Shown here: one piece after another, positions 1 through 16,395 of the stretch | How the letters are laid out: each line of letters starts with the position of its first letter | How positions within the stretch are numbered: the stretch's first letter is position 1 | Assembly (NCBI GenBank): GCA_964016885.1 | Contig: OZ024746.1 | Span: 76,384,001-76,448,000, forward strand | Direction of reading: 5' to 3' | Source: Eledone cirrhosa | Lineage: Eukaryota | DNA length: 64,000 bases | The notes under the pieces: generated by a model | Databases searched by the model: none | Told to the model about the DNA's origin: nothing | The model's input: only the letters and a program-made list of their open reading frames with translations | Made by a program: the position numbers and the translations under genes

Positions 1-164
1 GACATATTCAATAAAATACTGATAAAGTTCTCCTAGATGTTAGTGTAAAATAAACCGACAAAATAATGCAGTGATTGAATAATATTGAGTTAAAAATCTA
101 GTCTCTCCATTTTGTTGACTTTCAATAAGAAAACTACCAATGTTACATGGCTAAGGCTGGCACT

Positions 165-595
165 TGTGTATTTAGTACCATATGGTAGTTCTACAAAGTA
201 AACCTGGGTATTTAGTGTCCTAGGTTAGCTCTACATGTGCCCAGGTATTTAGTAACCTGGGCTAGCTCTACAATATGTAGCTAGGTATTTAGTAACCTGG
301 GCTAGCTCTACAATGTGTACCTGGGTATTAAATGCTCTAGGCTAACTCTACAATGTGTGTATGGGTATTTAGTGCCCTGGGCTAGCTCTACAATGTGTGT
401 CTGGGTATTTAATGCTCTAGGCTAGCTCTATAATGTGTCTGGGTATTTAGTGTCCTAGGCTAGCTCTACAATGTGTCCCTACGTATTGTGCCCTTGGCGA
501 GCTCTACAAGGTGTGCCTAGGTATTTAATGTCCTTGGTTAGCTCTACATGTGCCTGAGTCATCTGTACAATGTGTGCCTAGGCTAGCTGTTCAAT
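165..595. repeat. Minisatellite, about 36-41 bp unit, about 11 copies
   Basis: Recurrent tgtgtctgggtatttagtg(t/c)cct(a/g)ggctagctctacaa. Confidence 0.85.
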
Positions 596-1274
596 GCGTG
601 TGCAAATGATTTGTTCTGAGTTCAAATCCTGCTGAGGTCAGCTTTGTCTTTCATCTTTCCAAATTCTACAGAGTATGATATCAGTTGAGTGCTGGAGTTG
701 ATTTGACCAATTATTATCCCCTCAAAACTGTTGGTCCTATGCCTAAAATCCCATGTACCTGTTGGCTACCAAAAATTCAAGTTAAAATGGAAGAGAAGGA
801 CACAGTCAAGGAAGGAATGGAAGCACAGTGTGACCAGTGATGTATAAAGTCATCTGATAGACTGGTCAATCCTTCACTCTACCAACATCACATCCTCTCC
901 AGTGCTGGTACCATGATAAAATGCACCCTGTATACCCAGTAAGGTGGTTGGCATTAGGAAGGGAAAAAATGGAACATATGAGCAAGATATGGTCTTCTGA
1001 CCTTGTCTTGCCTCAGACTGTGACACCCCATGCTAACATGGAAAGCCTTCCTTAACAGTCTCAGAGGACCTGCTGAGGTTAAAGGTCAGGCCCAATCTCA
1101 GAGGCTCATCTAGTGGGAGCTTATTGTGGTTTCATTGGTGTTAAGCAACTGAGATTACAGGGATGCAATTGGTGGGTTAACCCTCATAACTGCTACTACT
1201 CATTTTTAGATGAATTGATGGAGCAAAGTGAAATAAAGTGTTTTGCTCAAGAACACAACACACTACCTGATCCG

Positions 1275-1530
1275 ATGAGGCTTGTCCATCTTGCAAGATC
1301 ACAAATCTGTTCAGAAGCCAGCCCCATATCTGCCAAATCCTCTTCCACAGACCTCAACCGTGTGTGTCTTGCCTTCCCACCTCTCCTAGCTTTCAATTAA
1401 GGGAGGCACTCATTAGTCTTTCTAGAAATATATTGCACTTGACCAAACAATTCTTCCATCTTTCAGTGATGGTATTTCAAAGCTCAGCTCTTTCTATAAT
1501 CTTTTCCTTTGTGATGTGATTATGCAGATA
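1275..1530 (-). mobile_element. Decayed RTE-like 3' fragment
   Basis: Minus-strand reading ...HITKEKIIERAEL...RRGGKARHTRLRSVEEDLADMGL... resembles the RTE C-terminus. Confidence 0.45.
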
Positions 1531-4500
1531 TTCTTAGTATGACTCTTTATTACGACGACGGTTTCCTGAAAATCACTCAGCTTGGCCTTTTCTATGGCTT
1601 CATTCATGATGTCACGTCAAGAAATTCTAAGCTGGTTAAATGTTACAAAACCCATTTATCAGTACAAGCACTGCAACATTAAAAGTAAATGTGGTGAGAG
1701 ACCAGAGGCTAGTGCATTTCATGACTGAATAGAAACAAGGTAGGAACTGAGGAATCTTCTGTCTGGAAAAGCACGAGACAACTTTATTGGTGTTGGGGCC
1801 ACAATAAAATGAACCTGTCCATCTTGTAAAGCAATAGTGTTGGTGTCACAATAAAATGCACCCAGTCAACTCCTTAAAGTGGTTGGTGTTAGGAAGAACA
1901 TCCAGCCATAGAAACCATGCCAAATCTGAAATGTATGATTGAGATGAAGTCACTCCAACCCATCCAACCCATGCCAGCATGAAAAGTGGACATAAAAATG
2001 ATGATAATGTATTAACAACACAGGGAAAACAGAAGTTTAAGTAGATATTGTTTTTATTCATAAAACATTTATGCATGAAGGAATTGTTTTTAGGTTTTAT
2101 TTTATTTTTGTATTCAAGCAGAGATGTATCTGTTGTGGCTTGTAAAGTTAGCAGACTTTACATGAGTTAGGATTATTATTATTATTATATTTTTTCTTTA
2201 TCACATTGCAGTTTTCACACACGCAGCCAAGATAACATTCACAATAATAGAATATTTCAGCCAGTAAGTTACAGCTTGCCATAATAAGGGACTGGCAGCA
2301 GTAAAACTGGTTGAGAACCAATACACCTATACATAGACAATAAACTAAGTTGAAGTCCATATGCCTCCTCAAAATTAATAAAACAACAGCAACAACAACA
2401 AACATCAGGAGCAGATAAACACTCACAAGACATAGAACAAAATAAGAGTACATAATTTAAACAACAAATTAAATAAAAATATATCTTTAGTCATAGCATC
2501 ACATATTGCACATAGACTAAGTTTAACTTAGAAATGCTTGAAAATATCCTATTTTCTCATTTTTTTTCAGTGATTTGATTAAAATAAGTTATTTTGTACA
2601 TAACAAGTTAACTTAAAAAGGACTTTTATGTCGCTCATTCAAGTTACAAACCACACATATCTATACATATAGAAATAATAATTTATTCTTAACCTCTCAA
2701 TACAGAAGAAACAGTAAACATATTTATTTATATACAAAATTAGACACAGAAGAAAAAAACTATACAACTAAACAAATCAACTAGACTTTTCTTGATATGC
2801 TTATCATTTATCTGATACAATCTAGGTGCCACTGGTTGGTAACAATGCTAATACTCAGAAATGATAATCCAGTGTCTAAGTAAGATACAGCTTTTGGGGT
2901 TGGATGGGTGGAGGAGACAATTAAAATAAGTGAGACATTTTGTAGCAATGTTTGAGAAATGTAGGACCAAAGAGATTTTGTGTTTTCTTTATTTTTTTTT
3001 TTTTTAATGCATTCATTATTCGATTTGTGTGTCTAAAAGGCAGAAAGAGCGTTAAATAATATCACTACCACCTCCTAGAGACATATGAACTGTTAGGTTT
3101 GAAAAATTCACCCAGGACGATTTAATTAAAAAACCTGTCATAGTAAAGACATTGATCAGATTTAGGACAAGTCCGAGATCTAGTTTACTTTCTGGAATCC
3201 AAACACCAAAGACACTCATACCTAAGTTATACAGTCTAACAAAACTCGGAAAAAGTAAATCTTGCAACTGCTTTTCCCATAATCTGTCATCTGAGACAAA
3301 TTCTTAGATTTTGTTGAGTTGGCCGAAAGGGTCTTTCTTTCATAATAACGTTCTGATGATAGGGAAAGCTGAAAATATAAGGCCACTGATGGATTCCTAT
3401 AGATTGGGTTGATTTGTAGTTTCATCAGTGATCAATTTTGTCACTTGTATGTACATGAAGGTCAAAAGAAAGAGCTGAAATGCTATCAACACCTGCAAGC
3501 AATAACTTGTTTTTTTTATGTTAAAATATTAAACAGAGAAGGTGAGAAAACATTGTGGTGATATATGCAGAGTGGAATATTTATATTATGCAAGACAAAA
3601 CACCTACACCTAGAGAGGAATGAAAGCATTCAGAAGACATGGGGCAACACTAAAGTTTCTCTTCAAGATATGCTAGTTATTTCAATTAAAAACTTGGTAT
3701 GCTGTATTGTACAACAAGTGATGCAGAAATAATAGCGATATTTAATCTTTTGTGCTTTTCAACAGGAAAATCTGGTGCTTCTACAAGAAGAAACTCAGCT
3801 ACAACTATTAATCCAAATTTTATTGGAGGTACATAGTTTATTGTAGTGCTTATTGACATGTAATACAAGACTACATCTTATTAGCATAGTAATATTCACC
3901 ATAACATGTTTTTTTTTAAATTCCTTAATTCCTTGCTTAATGTCCAAGCGCAAATAGCATCTGTAAGTGTGGTTATCCCCCCCCCCCCCGATAAAAAGGA
4001 GCAAATGAAAGTTGTAAAAGTCATCATGTCCTATGTTTTAAATAATCTAAACATTAGACAGGACAAATATTGATTGTTTTTCTTTTAAATAATTTCATAA
4101 AACAATATTAGGGGTGAGGGACAACAAAATTGCTATTATAAAGAAAACTAAAAAAAGAAATGTTTATTCTACTTCTGTACAAAACCACATCTTGACCTTT
4201 GCTACAGCAGACTCAAACTTGTCCCCCAAAATATGTTATTATCAATGAATAAAATAACTACTGCAAATAAATGTTTCAGATTTTCATGTGTCTAGTGCAA
4301 GAAAATGTAGAACTTTACTGATACCGAATATTGTTAGATAGAGGTAGTTTAAAAAACAGGCATTCACAAAAAAAAAGTTGTCTTACATAAGATAGCCAAT
4401 GGATTCCAGTTATATATGTGTCAGCCTGTTTTGGACCAAGTTAAATATAAATCATAGAGCTAAATAGATGGAAAAAGATACATGATTTTCTCCTCACTGA

Positions 4501-6995
4501 GTCAACATCTCAGTATATTTAAAGACAAATAGAAGCTAAAACAGATACATAGTTATTTTTTGTTGACATTATGACAATTTTTAGATGAGCTAAACAGAGA
4601 AACATTTGTGTAACAAAGGTGAAATTAAATAAGTTTGACATGGTCAGAAGAGCTGAATATTTCACTCAGTGATTTCCTTATTCTTTACTTTTTATTTCTC
4701 TGATTTTGTAATTGGAAAAGAAAATCTAGGGGTTTACACGTAGTAGAACAAATACACAATAGACAAAATACATAAGTGAACAATATATGGTTTTTATGAC
4801 ATTTGTAACAAGCAAATCAATCTTCCAAATTTTGTTAATGTTCTGCTCAATAGAATTAGTCAACAGAACAATGCCAATCAGAAACAAACACAAAATAAGA
4901 AATACATTGTCAAGAAAGTTAATAATTATCTCTTAAATTGCTTCTTAATACCCCCCCCCCCCCAAAAAAAAAAATATTGTAACTATTTTTACTAAATTCC
5001 AGGATATTTATCCCCATTTCATTGTAATAAATGCTAAACTCATTGCAGGTTCTGACATTATCCAAAAAGTTTTAATTTTACAGGTACATGTCAGCAGAGT
5101 TTCTCCAAAAGTTATCTCATAATCTCTCAAAGATAATGGCTAAGCAATCATCCATGTTTTACTGCTGCATGTAGACCTGTGTTTGCTGCACGACAAGACG
5201 AATATTGAATTATATAAAATGCTGCAAAAGTTTATAATGGTCACCATTTCTAAATTATTTCTAAACCAGAAAACAGGGAATGCAAAATTATGGAGACCAA
5301 TCACATATGATCATCCCTAGCTAGGACATCTATCTATTATCATCTCAAACCTCAAAATAATAACACTGGATAAGAGAATCAGACCTCATCAAGTAGACTT
5401 CCTTATTCCAGATTCGTATGCCCTGGAAGAGACCAAGATTCCTCCATCACTGTATATAGCAGGACTAGCCATCATCTCCAATCATATAACTATAGAACAG
5501 AAAATAACAGGACTTTTATTCAGCCTGGAAGTGTTTTCCCCTATATGCATCAAAGGTGTCAACCTTAAACAATCCCTGGAATTGCTGAATGTTTCTGAAA
5601 AGCCAATACTAGGTACAAAGGCCTGAATTTTAGAGTTCTTGGAAGCCTGCATCTGGCAGAAACTCCTGAGTGATTACAATAGAGAATACCTGTATAAGAG
5701 ATTAACAGTACTCAAGGTCACAATGAAAGTATCAGACATCAACTCATATTTAAACCAAGTTCTATAGTCCTCTCTGCTATCCAACAACACATCACTTCAA
5801 GAGCAACTGAGAGAGATGTCCTTATAGATATCTTTGAGGGTTGAATTGAAATGCTATCCAGAGGTTTGCCTGCAGCCTTATATGATTAGGTTTAATGATT
5901 GCCAAGTTAAAAGGCAAGGAATGCACTTTATGGAGATCTACAATAACCCCATTAAAACATACAGTGAGGAATTCAAGTTTTGGGGCATAAAGTATACCAA
6001 AGCCCTGACAGACTTGTATGCTATTAAGATCCCTGACCTTTTCTGCTCTGTAATTACATGGCCCAAGCATTCAGGAATGCTTGATAAATAAAATACATTT
6101 AAAACCCCCAGTAATATGAGTGTCTCAATCACCTGATAAAGGTCTTCAAAACCTTTTAACATATGTTAGGCATTGATGATGTAGAAGGAAAGGCAGAAGA
6201 CCTACTTTGTCTAGCTGGTGCCAAGAGGAGGAAACTAACAGGAAATCCAAAAGATCTAGGGAAAAACTGGCATATCAGACAAAGATGAGTATGGCGATTA
6301 ACTGCCTTGTCCTTTAGATCTAGGAAGACTACATCTTGCCTATTCAACTACCTCTGTTTGGAAGACTTCTTCAAACCAATTCTCAGGGAAAAATGAAGCC
6401 GATACAGCTAGGATATTACTAGTTAGCTACACCTAACATTTAAAAAAGGAATATTTTTGTAATAACAATATTAGTATACTAGATGTGAGGTGAGCCATGG
6501 CCTGCTTCTTTTACTGTTGTAATGTAATATAAGAGTTAAGACAGCCACCTTCCCTTCATGTGATTGTATTTTTGTTTTCACCTAACATAAAATAAATCAC
6601 CTGAATATCTTGTATAAATATCCTTTAAATGAATATAGCAAAAATATATTTTTAAAAAAACATATCACAAAAAAAAAAACTATTAAATTGCCTCTTAATT
6701 TGGTATTAAAAAAAACAGTTAACTAAATAATGTTTATCAATGTTATGGATATTAAAAAAGACATATAACAAGGTATTCCCCCCTGGTATTATGCAATGCC
6801 TCACTTAATGAGATAATATTTTCAGAAATAGAGTTATAATCCATAATTTTGGAATTACTTAAAGTAAAAAAAAAAAAAAAAAATTATATATATTTTAGAA
6901 ACTTCTAAATTGAAATAGCTAAAATGTCACACTAACCAGCATGTGCAAAAAAAAAAAAAAAAAAAAAAAGTGAGGGAGGGAGGAAATGTCTAGAG

Positions 6996-7267
6996 CAGTT
7001 GTTGCCAACCTGCAGTCTTGCAATGGTAGTTACTGGGAGGGAGGGGTCCATGAACTAAGTTCAACATTTCAAGTACTTTGTAAACAATATAATATACACA
7101 AGTTATGATATTGGATTTCCATTCTTTTTGAAATATAAACATGTTTTTCAATCGTTATTCTTGATGTATACCAATGTGGAGGGGGAAGGAGTTGTAGAGG
7201 GAAGACCCATGGGAAAATTCTTTTAAATAAAAGGGGTTCTTTCTAAGGAAAAGTTTGGGAACCACTG
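6996..7267. mobile_element. hAT-Charlie-like MITE (related copy at 10791-11028)
   Basis: CAGTTGTTGCCAACC...GTTTGGGAACCACTG termini flanked by gtctagag / ttctagac 8-bp sites. Confidence 0.7.
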
Positions 7268-8842
7268 TTCTAGACTTTCAGAGGAAAAGAAATTGGACAC
7301 AATTTTAAAAATTACAACAAGAGGGAAAGATTAATTTTATATTAGTACATTAGCTATCAAAGAATACAACAAAAGGCTCTATAGTGAATTGAAATATTGA
7401 GTTCCAAAATAAAATTAAAACTGATGAAAAATATATATTAAATGGAATGATTAATAATCTTTGAGAAATTTAAGATGATTTAAATCCTAAAACAGAAATG
7501 TCTCACCTTGATGTGCGTTATTTAAAAAACTAAATGGCACTCCAGTCTCTTGCTCCAATGAGAATTATTAATAAAGCATAAATTGTTAGATGCTAATAAG
7601 TAGGCTGTATGTAATAGAAAATTATCATTCCCATCATCGTTATATTTTCTTGATTAAGTATATTGAAGACAAAAACCGAATAAAAAACAACTCACAAATC
7701 AAAGTTAGTTGAGATCTCTCAGTGCATGCAATGTCACAGACATTAATAATCAGAAATTTCTTTTTTTCATTTTTTAAATATTTTCTGTGGCAATGTATTT
7801 GAATAGAGAGAGTAAAAAAAACAACAACCACCGTAAAAGCAAAAAATACAATAAAATGTTCTAAATGTACATAAAGGGGGATGTATGGCTGTAAACCTTC
7901 AGAAATTGCTTAACATCAGCATGAATCAAATATTTTTGCTTTTATTTGTTTGGGATTTTTTATTTTGGTAGAAGAAAAAGAGAAGGGTAAACAGAGAGGA
8001 GATCTTTGGAGAAGAGATAGAAACAATCAGATTATCACAGATACAGGGAATTCTTAATGATGATATATATATCTTTTTTTTTTTAAGATGAAGAAATTAA
8101 AACATATATATACTTGTTACAGGCAATATATATTTACTGCAACAAACCTTTGCAATAATGTGATATTTTTTTATGTTTTTTTTTTTACTAACAAGGCAAG
8201 AGGCTAACACTTAGGAAAAATTCTTTTTGCCTAAACAGTCACAACGAATGTTCATATTTGCCAGTCTCATTCAAGTTTTCAGTTATCAAGGCAGCAGGGT
8301 AACTGAGACTAATCTTCTAAGGATGGCAGTCAATACAAGGACGGCTAGTTATGAAATTTTTGAGTTTAAGAAACACCAGAAGCCATGCCAAATAGGCAGT
8401 AATTGGCTGTCTTTTTATTATCATTATTGTTATTGTTGTTTTTTCGGTTTTTTTTTTTTGCTTTGTTTTTATTGAGGTTTTCGAACATAAAAGTAATAGA
8501 AACTTTTCATCACTATTAATTAGTGAGGATTAAAAGATACATCTGTAGATAAAAGCAAAAAAAAAAAAAAAATCATTGATAATTCGAGCCCCAAATAGAA
8601 AGTGTATTATCCGACTGATATCTGTATATCTGTGTATTAAATTATAGTAAGCAACAAAATTAATAAGAAGGTAGAAGGTAAAATATAATCTGCTGCTATT
8701 TCTTCAAGTGAATCCATTTCTAAAGCAGCTTTGGTGATATATGTACATACATACATATACACACACACACACACATATATATCTACACACACATACATAT
8801 GTATGTACATACATACACACATATGTACATACACACACACAC

Positions 8843-8914
<72 letters not shown>

Positions 8915-9105
8915 TTGAAATAAATTAATAGATTAAAGTTTCTTCATGTTTGAAAATTGGAATAAGAAAATATTTTATATTGATTTACTTAATATTCAAA
9001 TAATTTTGTTGTCATGGTTGCTACGTTAAGTCAATTATCAAATCTAACATCAATGGAGCGTGATTTATAGCAATATCCACAAAACTTAGAGGAATGTGGG
9101 AGAAG

Positions 9106-9532
9106 CAGGGCCGGTGTTACCATTAAGGCCAAATATGCAGTTGCTTAGGGCACAGACGTTAGAGAGGTGCATTAAAGGATCACAGTTTTATACAAGATTG
9201 TATAATTAAATTAAATATATCATAATTTCCTGTGGTCAGTAAATATCCTTGCCATGTAGTAGCATTACAGAAATATCTAAAGCAGTGGAGAGTCATATGG
9301 TGTGATGACCTGTAACATGATTTGGCATGGGAAAGTGTGGACTGTGTAGTAGAAGATGCAGGCTTAGTCATTTTCTTAGTATGGTCAGAGCAAGAAGAGT
9401 TAAAAGCTAGGTTTGTCAGCTTGCCAAACTGTAAGTTGAAAATATTTTATTTGAAAGAATGTGATACATAACAGAGGAGAGGATATATTGTAGGGCTAGC
9501 CTAGGTTGCTAAATATCCAGACACCGGCCCCA
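9106..9532. mobile_element. hAT-like MITE
   Basis: Inverted termini cagggccggtgt / acaccggcccc. Confidence 0.6.
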
Positions 9533-11647
9533 GAGAAAAGATGTATGAGTGAAAGAAAGATAGAGAGATTTTAGTTAAAAATATTCTTGATTTTGAAGGA
9601 TAGTAGTTTTTCCTTCCAGTTTATTGCCAAACAATAACAATATAAAATAAATTCACTAAATTCCTTTCCATCATTCAAATCACTGTTAATATAAATTAAT
9701 ATTTTTACTGCTGAACACAAGAGAGTCTATTATAAAAGGAATTGGTCATCAGCTCAGACCAACAAAAATGGTTCCACAGGTCTTTCCATGCTGATATATT
9801 TGCTAGTCGCAACTCCTGGCAGAAGAAAGCAGGATTTGAAATCAGAATGAACATAGGCAGTTCAATTTTGTTATGTACAGTCTGACACATTAACAATTCT
9901 GCCAATCAACTCCCACCTTCCCCACTGGACTGGTACTTTATTTATCAGCCCCCAAAATGATGAAAGGCAAAGTTGCCCTTGATGGAACTTGAACTTTGAA
10001 TGCAGAGCATAGGAACAAACATTGAGGCATTTATTCTGATGCTCTAATGATTCTGCTAATTCATAACCTGTTATATATACTCTAAATCCTAACTAAATAG
10101 AAAAAAAAACCAGACAGAAATTAACAAGCTATTTATTTTTCCTTTTTAAGATGTAAGAAGGTAGAAGTTTTGCTTTATTTTAATAGCATTGAAATTCAGC
10201 CTAAATGGTATGTGTGTGTGTGTGTGTGCATGAAACCACATTAGTAAGTCATTCTTGAAAAGTACAAAGCAGCACTATGACTGCATCACATTAAAAATTA
10301 AAGCAGTTACTCTAATACTGCGCATTTTCACAACAATCTGTCCCCAAGTAAAGATACTGCAAACATTTGAATTAATAAACTTGTTTTTGTTTTTTTTTAT
10401 ATATTTTAAGCTGAATCATGACAAGATGTTAAGAGTTAAGTGATCTCTGAAAGGATTTCAGAAAATCTTTCAAAGAACAGCAGTGGAACTGTATCAGTGA
10501 CCAGGTAATAAACAGAGCAACATTTTGACACCAAGGAATTTCAAAGAAATAATTACTGGAAATAGAGTAAAACAGTCTCAATGTTGTTCTAGCATATCTA
10601 TGGCATCTAACCAAATTATAACAAATATATGTTAGTGACCAACTGTAGGCAAATGTCTTCATAGGTGGAAGATACATCAGATACAGGGGAAGTGTAAATC
10701 AAGTAATGAAACTTATATAAACATTTTCTTCTAAATTAGTACGATATAGTGGTTTATTGTAATTTCTAATATAGAGAATGGCTAGCTAAACAAGTGGTCC
10801 CCAATCTGGGGTCTACAGAACTCTGTGGGTGAGTCCATAAAGGTAGTGTCAGGATCTGTGAGCTAAGTTCAAAATTTCAAGTATTTTGTTTAAAACTAAT
10901 ACACTCTAAGTATAAATAAACATTTCTCTTTTTTTATTGTTATTCTCACTGTATAACAACAACTTGGGAGAGGAACATTCATTTAAATAAAATAGGGCCT
11001 TTAGTAATGAAAAGGTTGAAAACCACTGGGTTGGGTTAAACTAATAACTTCAGTAAAAATGACTGATTAATCTTGATTAACTTGAGTAAAAAAAAATACA
11101 ATTTAATTAAACAAAAATGAAGTAAAAAAAATAATAATCTCTACTCTTCATCAAAAGAAAATTTTTGATATATAATAATTTTAATTAAAATAAGCACTAC
11201 ATGAACATTTGGAGAGCTAATATACAAGAATACGGATACCGTATAGATGAATGTTGCTATATAATTCACTGCTGGTTGATACTTTACACATTCTTAACAT
11301 CCTGTACCACATGAAATTCTGCAAATATACAAAACAGCACTGTGACTGCATCGCATTAAAAATGAAAATATTTATTCTAATACTGCAAATTTTCACAACA
11401 ATCAGTTCACTAGTATAGATGTTGTAAATATTTGAATTAATAAATATATTTTTACATATTTTTTACTAAATCCTTACAGGTTGTTAGGAGCTAATTTGTG
11501 TGATTTGCTATGTTGTTGGGCAATATTGGTCTAAAATAGAAACTGCGTAATAATGCATACAGTTTCTTGTTAGTTATATCATTGAAATACAGAACTACAC
11601 ATTTTGATTGTTATTTGATTCATAATACTTAAAGAAATCATAGATAA

Positions 11648-13526
<1,879 letters not shown>

Positions 13527-14052
13527 GTCATTTTGCATCAACCATTAAGGCTTGTGTTGGTAGCAATATTCCTTGCAATATACATAGTTTTTTTTTTTTT
13601 TGGAAGCCTTACATACATGGGAGAATTTCTTTCAAACAAGTGGTGATAAAATAATAACAACAGCAATAATAATAATAATAATACAATACAACAGAACCAA
13701 TATCACTAAAAACATAACACTGCACATAACCTAAGACATACAAAGCCGGGCTCAGTAATGCCTTGACAACACTCAATGGAATGAGACTAATAATAATAAT
13801 AATGTAAAAAAAAAATCCAACTATTAAGTAACTTTATATTTGTGTTAGTAAAGTGATATTTTTTTTAACATTTGGCTTGTTATATGGCTTCCAGAAGAGA
13901 GATATAGATAAAATATATATTAGCAAGTAAGTGTTTGATAAAAATATATATACCACCTACCAGTACATAATTTATGTATTGCAAAGAAAATATTGTATTG
14001 ATATACATGAGAGTTAATAAATACACATGCATGCATAGACACATACACACAC

Positions 14053-14087
<35 letters not shown>

Positions 14088-14092
14088 TATAT

Positions 14093-14771
14093 TAGGGATG
14101 CACCTCTAAGCAAATTGCCCATTGCCCAGTCACTGAGTATCTCTAATGTAATTATGTATGAAAATGTGCATTATAATTAATGGTAAGTAATATATTATAT
14201 TTCATATTTAATCATACTCATAGACCAACTATTTGAGAGCACATGGCAAAATTAGGCTGATTTTTACCATTGGACATAACATACATGAGCCTTCATGAAA
14301 TCAGCTATGCTCTGAAAATGGAGAAATTTTGAAGTTTCTATCTTATAAATTATGAGTTCTGAAATTTGAATTTTTTGTTTGAGTAAGTTAAGATAGCAGG
14401 AAAAATGTTTGAAACTCTTGTAATTTTTAAATTAGTTCTTTTTTAAAATGACCAACTAAACAGGTGATTTCTACTTTGACATCCTTTAGCCTATAGGGAG
14501 CTACACTGTCTGGGCAATCACAAGTAATTTTCAGTTGTGTAGATCACTATTTTCAAGCACTCAGAACAGAGTTATATTACACTGGTAGATATAAGAAATA
14601 ATATGTTTCTTAAGCATTTCTACATGTTGTATTCAATGTATTTCTGAATTTCTCTGCCACCCATGGCTTTCTTGATTCCGAACAATAATGGCCAAATACC
14701 AAAATCAATTAATCAGCAAAATGGCCAATATGCCCAATGCTGAACATCTGTAATTAATCGGTGCAACCCTA
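14093..14771. mobile_element. hAT-Ac-like non-autonomous element
   Basis: Inverted termini tagggatgcacc / ggtgcaacccta inside a TA-rich tract. Confidence 0.6.
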
Positions 14772-14772
14772 A

Positions 14773-14803
<31 letters not shown>

Positions 14804-15104
14804 TATATATTATATATATTTTATATATATATATACATACACACACACACACGCATATATATAAATAATGCAAAAATTAACCTATAAGCCATTAGGAGAG
14901 TGACAACTAATATCCTCACAAGAACCAGTTATGTCAAGTTAATAAATGGACAAGGAACAAGATATATCTTAAGCATTACAAAAGAATTAAAATATCAAAG
15001 ACTGCTCATTTTTACCAAAGTTGCAATGGCATTTTTTTTTCTTTGTAAATTTAACAAAAGCTTAGTTATTTTTTTTCTCCAGATTAATAAATAGTAGTAT
15101 TGGA

Positions 15105-15540
15105 TCTTCATCAGTTCTGATGACAAGTGTTCTAGTTGTTCAATTAATGGAACAGCTTGCTTGTGAAATCAACATGCAAGTGGCTGAGCATTCCACAGAC
15201 ATGTGCACCCATAACAAACTTCTCAGAGAGATTCAGCATGACACAGTGTGTGACAATGCTGGCTCTTTGAAATATAGGTAGAGTCTATCTCGTAATATAG
15301 TGCAGGTGGATGAACATTCAAAGGTCACATGCACCCTTAACATAGTTCTCAGTGAGATTCAGGATGTCACCATGTGCGTCAAGGCTGGCTTTTTGAATCA
15401 CAGGTACAACTCATTTTTTTCCAGCTGAATGAATTTGGAGCAATGTAAAATGTGTCTTGCTCAAGGACACAACACGCCACCAGAAATCAAAATTACAACC
15501 TTACAATCATGAGCTGAATACCGTAACCACTAAGCCATGT
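15105..15540 (-). mobile_element. tRNA-headed SINE (related copy at 32655-32945)
   Basis: Minus-strand head tggcttagtggttacggtattcagctcatgattg..., core gtgtccttgagcaagacac; body shared with the 32.7 kb copy. Confidence 0.6.
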
Positions 15541-15981
15541 GTTGTAGGACATTTACTAACATATCAATAAGATAATGTCTAATACTAAATATTATCAATA
15601 GGAGAGACCAATATGGAAGAATCAATCAATAGCTGCTAACAACAGATAAACTAAAATCAATGACCACTTCTATGACTTGGACTAGTATATTACTATCTAC
15701 TAATAAGATATTGTTATAGTTTGACCAACAAAAGAAGGAAGTTAAAAATTAATAACATAAGTATTTACACACACTGGGCCATATTAAACCCATGGCCAGG
15801 CACTGAGGCTTTTAGATATTTTGTGCCTCAGCAAAACAAAATGATGGGCCCTAGCTTTATGAATAATACAGCCCTGTACACCCATAATTAGTACAGAAAA
15901 GAGGAATATAATATCTGTTAAAGAGATACTAATGAATTAAGAAAGAATGGTCAACAGACATTAAGATAGCTAGGTAAATAA

Positions 15982-16395
15982 ATCAATGAGCACCAATAAA
16001 ACATTGGTCAGTACTAAAATCAAAGATCGATGGCCATAAAGAATACACTGACCATTATAAACATCAATGAGCACCTACAAAACATTGACCAGCACAGATG
16101 ACGATGATGACCACTATAAAACATTGGTCATTAATAACATCAATGAGCACCAACAGAAAACATTAACCAGTACAAACAATACTAACGACCACTATAATAC
16201 TAATGTATTAACATCCATGAGCACCAACAGAAAACACTGCCTGATACAGATAACAAAATAAAATTTTTTTAAATTACTGACCATTGACAAAACACTGACC
16301 AGTACAGAAATACCATTAAGTCTATATTGACCAGTACAGAAAATAAATATTAAATATTAAGAATAATAAATACAATGTCAACCAGTACAGAAAAT
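15982..16395. repeat. Degenerate tandem repeat, about 75-80 bp unit
   Basis: Four atc(a/c)atgagcacc...aaaacattgaccagtac units, then shorter accagtacagaaa echoes. Confidence 0.7.

Noticed and set aside
165-595. CRISPR-like periodicity
   Set aside because: Contiguous degenerate units with no unique spacers, in a eukaryotic context.
3052-3495. Possible exon of another gene
   Set aside because: Short open frames on both strands with no recognisable motif or consistent splice context.
5280-6420. Possible ancient LINE RT remnant (…KIPPSLYIAGLAIIS…)
   Set aside because: Only a faint resemblance to the YADD region, with many stops; needs a profile search.
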